Origin: Epiperipatus broadwayi
Taxonomy: Eukaryota; Animalia; Onychophora
DNA: 64,000 bases
NCBI GenBank assembly: GCA_028023455.1
Contig: JAQFVV010000008.1
Coordinates: forward strand, 12,400,001-12,464,000
Direction of reading: 5' to 3'
Shown here: piece by piece, positions 24,467 through 38,460 of the stretch
Position numbering within the stretch: the stretch's first letter is position 1
Layout: each line of letters begins with the position of its first letter
The notes under the pieces: model-generated
Told to the model about the DNA's origin: nothing
Database searches by the model: none
Seen by the model: only the letters and a program-made list of their open reading frames with translations
Made by a program: the position numbers and the translations under genes

Positions 24467-27441
24467 CTAATAACAAAAAATATATGAATTTTTTTATGTC
24501 ATATACTAATAACACTAATAATGATAATACTTGTTAAAAAGACAAGTTCATGCAAAACATATTAATTACACATAAAAATACAAAAATTTTTATTATCAAA
24601 GAGGGGTATATCAACCATTTAACTTTCTTTAAAAAGTATTCATTAGGAAATGTCCAATTAATGAGTGCACTCAGATTAATTCTGGCACATTGGTAGTTGT
24701 AACAAAACTATTTTCTCGTCATAATCATTTATATTACAAAAAAATATGTACTTTAAATTTCCATTGCTTAAAATTATTACAAACTGTTTAACATTTATTT
24801 ACCTATAAATATTTTTATTTAATTAATGAAAGGAAGATATTCCATTTGTCTTATGATTAGACTTATAAATCTATAAATCTAAGTCATATAAAAATAAATT
24901 GCATCAATTAAATATTATTAATTTAATATTCATAAACCGTCCAAGACATAAGAATATATACATGAGACTGTTAAATTAATTATGTGGATATTCCAAAAGG
25001 ATGCCCACTGTAGTACAATTGTTTGTTATTAATATGGCTATTCTTTAAAAACAAATTATTTACAAATAAGAATCATATATCCAAAAAAAAAAAGTTTTCA
25101 TTCAAATCACAACAGTCAAAGCATTTCCTCATATGTTCTGATGCATATCACACAATAAATGATACCCAGCTAATGCTGGAAATATTGTGATATTCAAGTA
25201 TCATAATGCTTTTTATTATTTTTTTGTTCAGCCTTAATGTCTTTATTCTTGAGAATATTTACTAATTTATTATTCAAATCTTCCATTTTTTAAAAAATAT
25301 TTTCATTTATTTGCTCCTTTGTAACTCATTTTTTCTGCATTTTTATCTGTTTGTTTCTTAATATCTTTTATTTCTTGAATACTTGTACTCAACCAAATAT
25401 ATCATTCTTTAATCGTATTGTGATCTAATATTTCTGTGTACATGTACTGGAGATAATAATAGATCTTGCTACCAATTATAATCATTAACTTATTTTGCCA
25501 TACTATTTTAATTACAGACAGGAGAAATAAACACATTGTTAGGAATTAACTCAGGGAAACTTTTATATTTTTCTAAAACTTACCATTTTTATCACTAACT
25601 TAAATAGTCCTAATTTGCAGCTAGTTTTAAATGTTCCAGCAAATAGAACTTAAAAAATAAATTTGATATATCATGAAATATAAATAAATATCAGAGAAAC
25701 GTATTTAACAAATTTCTAATCATAAATACAACAAAGGGACTGATTTAAATTAAGCAATTTATGCTCCCAAGAAAGTAGCTTCAAATTAATAAAGAACCCT
25801 AATATTTCAACATGTGCACTTAAACTTTTCTTTGCAATTTCCACAAAAAATATCTTTTAAAATTGGCTTGGCATTCAAAATCTTAAGGTGTTTGAAATCT
25901 TTATGCTATTATATAGAATGTTATGATATAAGAGCCCAATGACAAAAATATATTAAACGATGCACTTTATAAAAAGATCATTTAATTAAAAATCAATCAA
26001 AGTAGTTTGTCCACTGAATATTTACTCTTCCATAGAATTGGTTTAGAGAGTTAATGCTGACTAAATATAAGCTAGAAAGGATATATATATTGTTACCATT
26101 TATTTTATGTAAAAAATAAATACAAGTACAATCTAGTATCTAGAAGTTTCTTTATTTGTTATTATAATTCTAAAAGATTAGCTGATATTATCTCTATTAA
26201 CTTAATTGAGTAACTTAATGCATTATTTTATGTATTTAAAGTTGTATAATTGCATTTTTATTTATTTAAGAATATGTCAATACCTAGGTTACTATCTACC
26301 CAACCACTGACTTTGAAAAGTTAAACCTAACTTTCAGAAATTTGTCTGTTGTTAACTTCCTATTAAAAACAAAAGTTTTTTTTTCTTCCCTTTTATTACT
26401 ATTCAAAGTTACATAACTTTAATTTCAAATGTTTTAATTAACAAATAATTGTATTATTAAAAAAAATATATATATATATATTTTTACTATAAAAAACCTC
26501 CACTTAAAATCACTTTTCTCTGTATTTATTTAAATTATATGTAAATCATTTCTGGTGCAAGTCTTTTTAGATTCCTGTCAATTGTAATACCTCCCCCCTA
26601 TTGTTAATTGCTCTAACTGGAATCACATGTTAATATCAAAGTGAGTATAAAAGGGCAATTTTAAAAACATTAGAGGGACTTCATCATTACTATCAATTGG
26701 TCACATTAATATTATTTTGCTTGCTGAATTCTACAACCAAGTTAATTAAATTTTAATTGTTTTGGAGAACAAAACAATATATTCTGCTAAAAGAAAACTT
26801 ATCTGAGGAATCAAATTCCTTCCAAGTTGTGCTATTTTACTTTAATTTCTCTAAATTTCTAAAAACTGAAGAAAAGAAAGCAATTTTTCTATGGAGATAG
26901 AAGTTGAAATTTCAACAATGCATTCAGGGATATTATATATCTTATTATCTTGTAAACTTTTTTCAATTTTATCATAATATTTTATCTGAAACCCCAAAAT
27001 TTATTATACCATTTTACCATGAACAACATTAAATTTTATTTGATTAATCCATGGTTAAGGTGTTTATAGTCAGTTATAAAATATATTTATGAATTTACAT
27101 TTATTAAATCTTGCTTATTTTTATACCTGTGCTGGAATATATGCTTTGCTTTCTAATACCTTTTTATGGAAATAATTACATTTGGATACATGTATTGGTT
27201 ATGAACCTGTTATATTTATACACCCACTCTATATATACATTTACAACCTACTTAATATAATTTGTTTATATTATGCATTTATAACTTATCTGTCATGACC
27301 TATATAAAGTATTATTCTTCACATATAAAGGATGATAAACAAAGTAGCCAAAATTCAAAAAACATTAATCACAAAAAACAATTTGCCAAGCATTTTCGGT
27401 ACTGTATACCAGAATCATGGCAAATTCTTTTTGGAACTTAC

Positions 27442-28613
27442 GGATAATTCAACCGATGACGTATTACCCTGAAGGCATATCAGTCTGATGTTGCGATTTT
27501 TAAGATAATGTCTCCAAGTGATCTGCGGACACATGTAATCACTAAAATGTGTCCGCAGATCACGTGAACACGGTACGTTAAAAATTGCAAGATTAGACTG
27601 ATATGCCTTCAGGGTAATATGTCATCGGTTAAATTATCCAGGTTACGTGATAAAAACTATTCAAAAATTAAAAAAATCTGATGCAGGTCAGGCAAATACT
27701 AACAAAAAAATAAAAAAAAAATGTACATGCATGCGTCAAAATAATTTAGAAAAAACTATATTATAATTTATAAAATCACCCTATATTATGCTCAATTATA
27801 AAAAACAGCGCATAGCGCTGGAGTTAGTGGGGGGGGGGCTCCGCTGTTTTTGATGAGCCGAAGGCTCGGGGTACACCTTGTATTACTCCCATAGCTGTAA
27901 TTTTTATAATTGCTGATGAATTTACGAAAAATAATTTTCTGTATGATATAATTCAGAAATTAAAAATTAAATTAAAATGTAATTCAATGTAAGTTTGAGA
28001 ATTGTAGAAATATTAACAAAAATTTTTTGTAAATTTTAAATAAACAGCTAAATAAAAGACGCGATTTAATGCAAATCTGGTATTAATGGCGTCGAGAAAA
28101 CGCTGCACTTTTACATGCATTTGGTAATTTTAAAAACGTACTGTACTGTATATTGCAAATTTGTTTTAAAAAATTATTGCAAATTATTTACACATTAAAC
28201 GTAATTCAATGTAAATTTGAGAATTGTAGAAATATTAACAAAAAGTTTTTGTAAATTTAAAATAAACAAATAAAACACTTGACCCGAATTAATGCGAATC
28301 TGGCATTAATGGCGTCCTTGGAGAAAACGTGTTATCACATGCATTTGGTAATTTTAAAAACGTACTGTATATTCCAAATTTGTTTTAAAAAATTCCGTGG
28401 ATAGCAAAATCACAATAGACAGAAAAATCAAAAAATTTCCCAAACCTCTCTCCGAATTTTAAATCTCGCGGGTGAAAAAAAAAAAAAATTGACTCTCTGA
28501 TGGATTAATCACGCCAGTCACTTGGTTGCCATGACAATGTTGTCATGCAAAAAACGTCGATGTCTACCGGAAGGGAAATCGGTAAGTCAAATACGTCATC
28601 GGTTGAATTATCC
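27442..28613. mobile_element. Non-autonomous TIR element with an internal 200-bp palindrome and an approximately 220-bp tandem duplication
   Basis: GGATAATTCAACCGATGACGTATT at 27442 has inverted copies ending near 27639 and at 28613. Duplicated units lie at 27979-28175 and 28201-28395. No TSD identified. Confidence 0.8.
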
Positions 28614-29099
28614 ATTGTGATTAATGTTTTTGAATTTTGACTACTCTGTTTATCATGCTTTATACGTGAAAAATAATTTTCATTATCTGACAGAGTTGTT
28701 TGTATTATTTATCTATATAAAATATATAACTCATTTTGTTTGGATGCAATTTTAATGTGTTTTCATTGTGAGATATATTTAATTTGTTCTTTAGTTTAAG
28801 CAATCACTTTAATCTCTGCAAAGTTATCATATGCAAATAAAAGTTCCTTCCATTATTACATCAATATGATTTTTTAAAAATCTCTCAAAGAAATCACCAT
28901 CCTGCTGTATTATGTTATCTAATGTGAACTCATTATTATGGGAAAATGTCCAATCTCCTGCTCATTTGGAATCATTCTTGAAAATGTACTCTTAAATAAA
29001 TGAAACAAGATAAATGGTCATTAAAATAATCAAACTTACAATTAGGTGAAAATCACTTTTACTCCAGAGAAGAGAAAATTATTTAAGATTTTTTTTTCT

Positions 29100-29900
29100 T
29101 CTTTTATATTTTATTATTATGATGTTTGAAATATTATGTGCATTTAATATTTTGTTAATATCTCACTTTATCTTGTTCTTTATTCAGGTATATCTAACAT
29201 ATGCAATCATGTATTTGAAGGTGTTATATATAAATGGTTTTATTGTGTTTTGAAAGACCGCAGTGGGGACTTATGTATGCTTTATAAACATTTATAAGGA
29301 TAGGTTGCTATTTGTATATATTGTATATTTTGCTTTGGATTGGTCTATAATTTCTATTATTATTATAACTTTAAAATTAACTATTTATTCATCTTTCATA
29401 CTAATGTTTGTATTGATATTTTAATTACATTTTGCTATATGTTTGTAAATACGAGTAGATGGGGTTTAAGATTTGCGTTTAATTATTATACCAATGCCTT
29501 TCCTTTCATTATTGGTATTTCTGCTTTTGATCATGTATTTATTGTGGCAATTATGTTGATAATTTCTCATTTTGCTTAAACATTGTTTATTAGGTCTTTC
29601 CTTATATTAGTGGTAGATACTAATAGGATGCTTGTATATGTGTAGCAATGAGCCAGTATTGCTCTACCCTCTTTAGCATAGGCTTGTTTTCTCATCATTG
29701 TTGCCCACAAATATTGAGGTATTCCAAGTTGTGTATTATAAAAGGCATTTGCATAATTATATTCCCTTATTGCTTATTGTATATATTTTCAAATTCTCTA
29801 TTCCACAAGGTTTAGTTATCTAAGACTAATACAACGTACTTCTTTGTATTATATCATTTAAATTATAAATTATATATTAAGAAATTGTATGCTAATTTTA
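29100..29900 (-). mobile_element. Decayed LINE RT C-terminal region (Jockey/I/L2-like)
   Basis: Remnants such as GSLLHIY and INVYKAYISPH resemble GPLLY.IY and LYKAYIRP motifs. Confidence 0.35.
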
Positions 29901-30699
29901 ATGTAGATATATCTTATTATATTATTAGCTACAACTATATTATTAGTCTATTTAAATGCACTCATTAATCTTAGTATGTATCACTGATTATTAAATCCAA
30001 GCTACAGGAGGTTTTTTATTTATTTATTTATTTGTATTATCTAAATATACCACAAATATAATATATTATATGTGCATTATGTTTAACTTAAGTATTAATT
30101 GATGTAAATGTTTTTTACATTTATTTTTATTGTAAATAGTAGTAATAAATAATTTATATTTTTTGTTAAATTGTAAACTAAAAAAAAGCCCTTGTAATAA
30201 ATATTGATTTTATTCTTTATGTTCCCATGTCTGTTGCCATCTGCCACATCCGTATATGAGAAAATTCATTTAAATAGTAAAAGTGTTTAAAGTGTATATA
30301 AGAGTACATATTATTTGAAATTGTCACATTAATACAATTCATGCAATCCATTGTATATGCAATCAGAATTATATAAGATTATTTTATTGAAATTGTTGTT
30401 ACCTGAGTGATGTGTTTGGTATAACAAAATACCCTTTTACATACTGCATCATTTTGTTTAGCCGGTGATTTAAGAACCAACAAAAAATATATATAAGAAT
30501 TAACCTTTGCTAGACAATATTATGTTTAAAGCCATCTTTAGATAAATCTGTACATCATTATAAAGGAAGAAAGTGTTAATAAGATGTTAAGAAAATAAAT
30601 TTCATTGTTATTATCACTGCTAATTAGTTAAAAAAACCTAAATTATTTTTAGATTATCATTGCAAAGTTAGTATTCTTTTCAACTGAATTATTTAATAT

Positions 30700-33380
30700 T
30701 TAAGAACCTGAGATTACTATTACTCTCCATTATTATTGTTTGTAGAAGGTAACTATGAATTTATCAATCAACCATTGGTCTATCTACATCTTGTAAAATA
30801 AATGTATTAATTACTGTGTGCTTAGGCCTTAAGAGGACTTATTTACTCATTATTCACTTAGCCTATGAAAGGACTTATTTTAAGTTATATATTTATTTAA
30901 TGTATTAGAGATCTTGTACTAATTTAGATCTGTGTTTAGACTTATATTTTACTTTATGGTTGTTTGATAGCTCTCTGGAAGGTTACACTTACAGATTTTG
31001 GTGCCTAACTTGGGGCCAATTAATTGCTTAGGGCTAAGATCTCATTGTGGATTTTAAAGCTATAAATAAAGTTTGTTAGTTGATTAGGAATTATGTCTTC
31101 AACTTATTGAAAAATATATATATATTCAATTTTAAAAGCATATGTTAAAATTTATTGATTACATGAATACTAGTATTAAGATTGCATTATCTAAATGGGA
31201 AATAGGTCATGTGACTTGTACTCTATGATGATAATAAAATACTAAATATTTTCTCTCTCTCAATACTATGCTTAATTTCAAAATATTTTACATGATTTTC
31301 TAGTGGCAATGGCAACCATAATATTCTAAGAATATAATATTATGTTTCTTTTGTAATTAACTTATAAAACATCAATGTTATTAGGAGTCCATAAATAATT
31401 ATGATGGCAAATAATGTAAAATAATTATAGTTGTAAAAGCTGTGCATTTTTCTTTTATCTTGATGTAGATGTAAAACATTTGATGAGGATTACTGTATTT
31501 TGTAGTAATTTGAAGGTTAGTTTACTTGGATAGATTATAAACTATAAATATTGTTATAATGTTTTGATAGTGAATGTTTATGAATATAATTTTGTCATGG
31601 TTATTTAGAAAAATGAGTGATACCAAAGAAATCAAAGACCTGGAGGGGACCCAAAAGATAGCAATTCTTAATTTTCAAGACTGGCTTATGCTGATGTTAG
31701 AATCTTTTGAGAGGAAATTTGATGATCAGTTTAAGAAACTAAAAAAATGAAGGAGTCTCAAATGTCCTTTGAAAAGAAATTTGATAGTCAATCTCAAGAA
31801 TTTAAATAAATAAAGGAATCTTTTGAGAATAAATTAGATGTTTTTGAGGGCCAATTAGTAGAATCTCAAGTATCTTTTGAAAACAAGCTAATTGAATCAC
31901 AGGCGTTTTTAGAAACTAAAATAGATAATGTCAGATTACACACAATCAAGGAACTTAACCAGAAATTTGACTTATTAGAAACTATTAAAATGCCAAAAGG
32001 GACTCTGATAAAAAATTGGAAGAAATCAAAGATAGTTTTATGAGTTATAAAATGAAATTGGAAGGCAGGTAATTAAAATGATAATTCAAACAATCAACTA
32101 TCACAGCATGTTAGCATTATAAACTACAAATTTCAAAATGTAGAGTTACAGTCAAACCAATTTACAAATGATTTTAAAGTGGAGTTAGAAATTAAATTTA
32201 AGAATATTAATGAAGGTCATTTAGTTATTGAAGGGAATATGCCTAAATCCAAAGAAGATCAAACCCAAAGCAAAACTGAATTGGAAGAGGCTAGAAAAGG
32301 AATGGCTGAAATTATAAATGAATATAAGACTGAAATAAAGGAGTCAATGAAAACCAATACAAATTTTAATGGCGATTTAAAAAGAATTCAAAAGGAAATG
32401 AAGGAAGTTATAGTCAAGTGTTAAGAGTGGCCAGATCAGGTCTTGGAAAAAAGATTAGGCATTATAGATGAATTAGATAAGTTTAAGAAAAAGCAAAAGG
32501 GAATAGCGGAAACTATAGTTGAGCAAATGCAGTTAGAGGCTAGATTTCAAGATATTCAGCAGAAAATCTTAAAAATTCAGAATGCTCAGGAAAAGTTATG
32601 GTCAAGTTAGCTATGATTCTAGATCTTATGTAGGTAGAAGTAAGGTGCCTATTAAAAATATTTAAAGTAAGTAGTGATGCTATAAGTCCCAGTCAGGACT
32701 AAATGTTTGCCAAATCATAGTTGGAGAATAGTCCTGTAACCCAAAATATAAAGATTAAGAATTTAATTGTAAGTGGTTCAATGGCTTTCAAATTTTATGA
32801 GAATTAAGCCGTTTAGGGAAGTTCATTTGAAAAATCCCTCAGAGTTTCTTCAGTGTCGGATAATTGTTGCTCTGTGCTCCTTTACAAAGAAAGAGAAGCT
32901 TGCCATATCTAGCAATCACCTTTATGCTGCCACAAAGGACTGGTAGCAGTCTGTGTTTAATCACCCTCAATACAATACTATCTGGTTTCTAGGATGAAGG
33001 TAATCAGAATAACACATTATCAAATCACCCAGGAAAAGTATACTGTACATAAGGGTATACACAGTTTTTCTGTTGTTAGGCAGTGAAACTAAAAAAATTG
33101 ACAGCCTTTCCTTTGTCTGAGCATCAAATAATAAGGATTACATGACACTACTTGCCTCAGGAAATCAAGAAAATCTTAATTCCTGGCAATAGATATGCTA
33201 TTGAGGTATCTGAGATGCTCTTGGGACAAATGAGCATAGCTTTGAAACTAGATACAAAGGTTAAGAGATTCCCATAACTACTCTGTTGCCGATGCTAATT
33301 TTGCATCTACAGGGAAACCTAATGATAATAGAATACACTAAAGTAGAAGTTGTAGTCAAAATGAACAGCCCCTTATTACA
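30700..33380 (+). mobile_element. Gypsy-type 5' LTR end, tRNA-Lys PBS and coiled-coil gag, truncated
   Basis: The LTR ends ...TTACA near 30993. PBS TGGTGCCTAACTTGGGGC (30999-31016) is a decayed TGGCGCCCAACGTGGGGC. A Glu/Lys-rich gag runs from about 31616, with a PFRE...EFL retrotransposon-gag-like segment near 32810. The LTR start was not defined. Confidence 0.65.
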
Positions 33381-33386
33381 GTGATA

Positions 33387-34790
33387 TGTAATATGTGGGC
33401 ACACACACATACATATAAAGATAATAGTAAATAAATAAAGAATAAGTGTAGAAAGATTATATTCTAATTAGAGTGAAAAAGTAAAATTAGTGATAATGAG
33501 ATAAAAATGCACTTATAATAATTACATGAATAAGAGTCAGATTTTTGTCATTGATAATAAGAATTTGAATCTCATAATAACTCTTAATTAAAGTTAACAA
33601 AAGATAAAACATTCTAGAATCCAACCTGTATGCACTTAGAAAAATAACTACCTTATCTGATGAATGGAAATACTAGCCAATCAGCTGTAGGAAGAAAACA
33701 ATTAAGACATGCAAGTTGAAGGAGAGAAAACAAAGAGAGTTAACAAGGAGCTCAGCAGGCAGATGGACTAAAATTTGGGTGCTGAACATCACCTTTGCCC
33801 CGTAGCTTCTAGAATAGAGAGCTTGCCTCTGGATGTGAAAAAGCAAGCTAGGAACTAAACAGGTCAGAACGATCTATATTATTATTATGTACATCTACAG
33901 CCTTTTGTGTATATATTTATTTAAAATGTAATATTAGTTCTCATAATTATTGTGAGTTAAATTTATTAAGTGCACTGGATTTAACCAAAATAGTGTTGAG
34001 TCATTATTGAGTAAACTATTGAAATTCAGTCAGGGACAATAAAGCTGCCTAATAAGGATCCGAGCCATAAGATTTAGTAAGGCGCAGACATAACAACTGA
34101 CAGTGAATCAGTTCGATTCAAACTAAGAATCAAGGTTAATTGGTTACATTTATGTGCATTGAGAGATTTGCTGAAATGCAATCTGCGTTAGGAGAATTTG
34201 ACACCAGCGAGGCAAATAACTGGTCCCTGTACATCCAACTTATAGAAAAGTATCTCTTTGTAAATAAAATCAAAGATGAGAAGTTCAAAATAATGACAGT
34301 ATTATGTTTTCCTGGAAAAGGAGTAATAGAGATTGTGAAAAGGCTTGCAGAGTCCCTGACTCCCAAAGAATACTGTTACAATCAATTTAAAGAGCAGCTG
34401 TCAAATTATTTCAACCCCTGTTCCTCTAAATATGTTGCAAGATTGCATTTCCATGACCACAACCAGGATAGGGAGGAGAGTATTAAAGATTATGATTGTT
34501 CTCTGTGGAATCTTGAAAAGAGTTGTATCTATGGAACCTTCCTAGATGAGGCCCTCCTTGAATAATTTCTAAGGGGAATTAATAATGACAATTTAAGGCA
34601 ACAATTATTGTCTGTCACCAATTTAAATTACAGTGAAGCCATAAAGCATAGCATAGCTTATGAACTCGTGCTAGAGTAGTCGTGTAAGTTTGCCAAATTC
34701 AATAGTAGTGGACAAAAGCAAACATGTAAACCTGTAAAACATAAAGTAACAAACAGTAATAATCAAACAATTTATCTTTATAAAAATGCT
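33387..34790 (+). mobile_element. Gypsy (K02A2.6/Mag-like) 5' LTR plus gag fragment
   Basis: TGTAAT...ATAACA (about 33387-34095) is followed by gag LGEFD...WSLYIQLIEKYLFVNKIKDEK...QDREESIKDY...LRQQLL. Confidence 0.75.
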
Positions 34791-35314
34791 CTGATGTGTT
34801 ACTGTAAATCCTTAACTTGTAAAACTGTGGATTGCATTATTTATCTTTGATGGAATAAAATAAAACATTATTGAGATTTTATCAAAAAAACAAAAAAAAA
34901 ACATTTTTTGTTGTCGTTAAAATTAGGCTTGCTAATGTTTGAAATCATTAGGATATAGTACACAGTGTTTTTATTTTCTTCTTCATTAAGATATTTTATT
35001 ATTTAATATAGCTGTCTTTTTGTAAAAATCTCATTAAAGACCAATAATTTCTCATACAATTGGATTTTATGAAAAAAATATTTGATATTGATGTTATTTT
35101 TAGATGTCATCCCATGTTTATTTTAAACTGTTTCATACTATTTAGTGAATTCATTTTACTTCTGTGGAATAATCATAAGATAATAAACAATTTTATATTA
35201 ATATTTAGTGTTTATCTGAAAGTTTGGGATAGTATGTTTTATACAGTAAATTATTTCCATCATCTCATTGAATTATTAATTTTTTTTTTAAAAAAAAATT
35301 CAAACTTTATTTAT

Positions 35315-35432
35315 TTATGTTTTTCCATGTACAAATTCTTCAGGTATTATTCATCTTACCAGTGATGATCTAGCATGAGAATTCAACCAATGATCTTTAG
35401 ATTCGTAAGTGCCAAACTTAAGGAGATACTCT
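35315..35432 (-). mobile_element. Decayed copy of the tRNA-head/hammerhead short repeat
   Basis: Aligns by eye with 62610-62769: gaatctaa.g.tc...ggtt.aa.tc.catgcta...actggt.ag......aa.acctgaagaa...gaaa. Confidence 0.45.
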
Positions 35433-35962
35433 AAACAATTATTCTGAGTTTAAGGTGAGTAAAAACATTTATCAATTCGACTAGATGATGGAAATAATTC
35501 AACATTTAATTACACATATTTAATCTTCTTAAAATGATTTATTACTATCACTTCCCTAGTGATCTAATTGCTTATCACAGAATCCTATAAATTCTTGGCT
35601 ATTATATTTAGAATATTTAATTTTTCAGAAAAACTAACTATAGTTATATGCTATTAATGTTCGGGTGATCATACAAATAGTATTACTCTAAAATGTATTA
35701 TTATCTGCTTAGTTTTTCAGGCTGAGTAAAGACATATTCATTATAGTAATGATTGAGTCTATTCTGCTCAATGGTAGGCATCTTTTAGATTGATATGTTT
35801 ATAAAAAATGTACATAAAATTAAGAGAGATGAAAGGGAAAATGTTATATTATATATAGGTACAAATTTAATAATTAAAAGTGATTTTTTTTAAAAAACAA
35901 TATTGTTAATTAAAAAAATAGTAAGAACATATTAAAATAAAATTTTAAAAAGGGTTATTTTA

Positions 35963-36145
<183 letters not shown>

Positions 36146-38236
36146 TTAAATATTCCTAAAACAAAAAACCCTTATTTGCAACAACTGAAGAGTTATTGTA
36201 TGTTTATAATGGTTGATGCTTCCTATATCTTTAAATGATATAACTATAATAAAATCTTTTAAAATTATAATTTATGAATATTAATACTGAAACAATAGAT
36301 GAATGAAAACCTTTTTCTGCAAAAACAAAACCAAGACAAAAATTAAAATGATCAACATGCAATAATGTATGTATCTTAATATTTTTTTTCTCAAGTTACA
36401 TCACTTATGATTAAGACTGATTCTGGCTTCACTGACCAAAAGTGTGCTCAGCTATAGTTAACAAATTAAACCAAATAAACCATTACTTATCCAACATTCG
36501 AAGCATTGAAACTTTATTAATTACAGTAGAATAAGGAAGATAATTCTGAATATTAAATTGGAAATTAGTATGTTGATACAACATATTTTTCTCTAGAAAT
36601 AACCAAACAATCATTATATAAGTATTATTGTCTTAGATATTTTTATTTACTTTTATTTTTTCCTTCCTAAACAAATTCCTATAACGTAATTTATATGTTA
36701 TTAATGAATCCTTCAACAGCTAAGATTCTTTATAATAAGCTGCATAGTATATGTGCACATTAAATATGTATATTATTGATGAACCCTTCATTAACTATGT
36801 TATTAAATAATTTACCACATAAATATTTCTTTAATACAATACATACAATAATTTAATTTTTAATTTTTTAGTAAACAATTTTCTTAGAATAATAATATAT
36901 ACAGTATTAAAACAAACATAACAAGATGTGTGAATGTATAATTGCTATCAATGTCTGCTTAAATATAAATGTTAACAATGACTGTTTAAAAAAAAAAATA
37001 TAGACATTATCAATGGTTTTTTAGTTGAACATGCTGTAATTAGATAATCTAATGATTCATCCCTCAGAGATATTGTGATATATGAGATCTGGGATTACAG
37101 AGTGAGCTTTTGGGGATTTTTAAGTTATTACTTAGATAATAATGACTACTTTGAAGATTGTGCAAAGTAATCATTTAATGCTATTGTTATATATTTTTGA
37201 TGCTTCAAGGTATGGAAGATTTCAAAATAAATCATTTTCTAAAGCAGAAGCTCAGAAAAATATATGTGCTCGCAAAAAAAAAAAAGTGAAAAAAGATGTC
37301 ATTCACTATATTATAACATTTCATCATAAAGTAAAAAGTTTTAAAAATATAGAATACTTTTTATACAATTAGTAAATGGATCATTTTGAAATGAAAAAGA
37401 TAAATGGACAATTTAATTAATTAAGAAATAAATGCCAAATAATTTTTAACATTTATTTTCTGTCAACAAAGGAATTGTGATTGATTGATATTTATTAGTT
37501 TTTAATGCTAACAACTCATCTCATACTGCATTATATCTAGGTATTGTTGTGCTGTAATGACAGGTTCTCATCTATTGAATTAAGTTTTCAACTTCAAAAA
37601 AAAAGTGCTTGTAGATACAGCTAGCAATAATTAGAAGTTATAAATATTAATAATAAAAGCAAAAAAAAAAATAGAGTGTTTACCATTTAAAAAAATAGTA
37701 CATCAGTCCATTATCAGAGCTTACCTAAAGAATAGTAAGAAAATGAAAACTAGAGCTACAATAAACTTTTGCCATTCAACAGCTCAAATAACATGGATAA
37801 GGCCATTAAGGAATTAAGAGAGAAATTATTATATATGTGAATTTAAAATTTATCAACTGTACACACCTGTTAGTTTATCTCTTATTCTGGCAAAGATATT
37901 TTCTCTGCATACATATATTTATCTAGAACTTGGGAAGTAATATAGCAAAAATTATAAGTTCTACATTTAATGGTTGATTTTATCTTTCAAAATTGTTATG
38001 AATTTAAAAATAAATTTCAAGAGAAACTGTAATGCTGACACTAATGCAATTAAAACTTTCCCAAATACATTCCCAAAAAAACAACTGGCAAGTCATTTCT
38101 GATCTATGACTATTACGCCTGCTCATATACTGGGTTACTGGTTTTCATCTCACTACAGATGATTTCATTAGAGGATATAAATCAATTAGTATCGGAAATA
38201 TCAAATACAAATATTTGATACATTCATCCATTATTA

Positions 38237-38460
38237 GACTTGCTATATCCTGACTCATATTGCTGGACATCTAGCAAATAGAAATAGTTAACTAAAAAAA
38301 AACAACACATACAACCAAATTGAACAACTTTAGATTTAAGACAATTTAATATTGTACCAAACAGTGATTAATACACATGCAAATAAAAATATAAGCTATA
38401 CATTAATATAATCATACATATGCCTTATACATTGATGATCTTTGGTTAATATATATATTG
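38237..38460 (+). repeat. Interspersed repeat shared with 47440-47640
   Basis: Shared blocks include tgctat.tcctgactcatattgctgg.cat.tagcaaat, tagatttaag and acagtgattaatacacatgcaaataaaaat. Confidence 0.75.
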
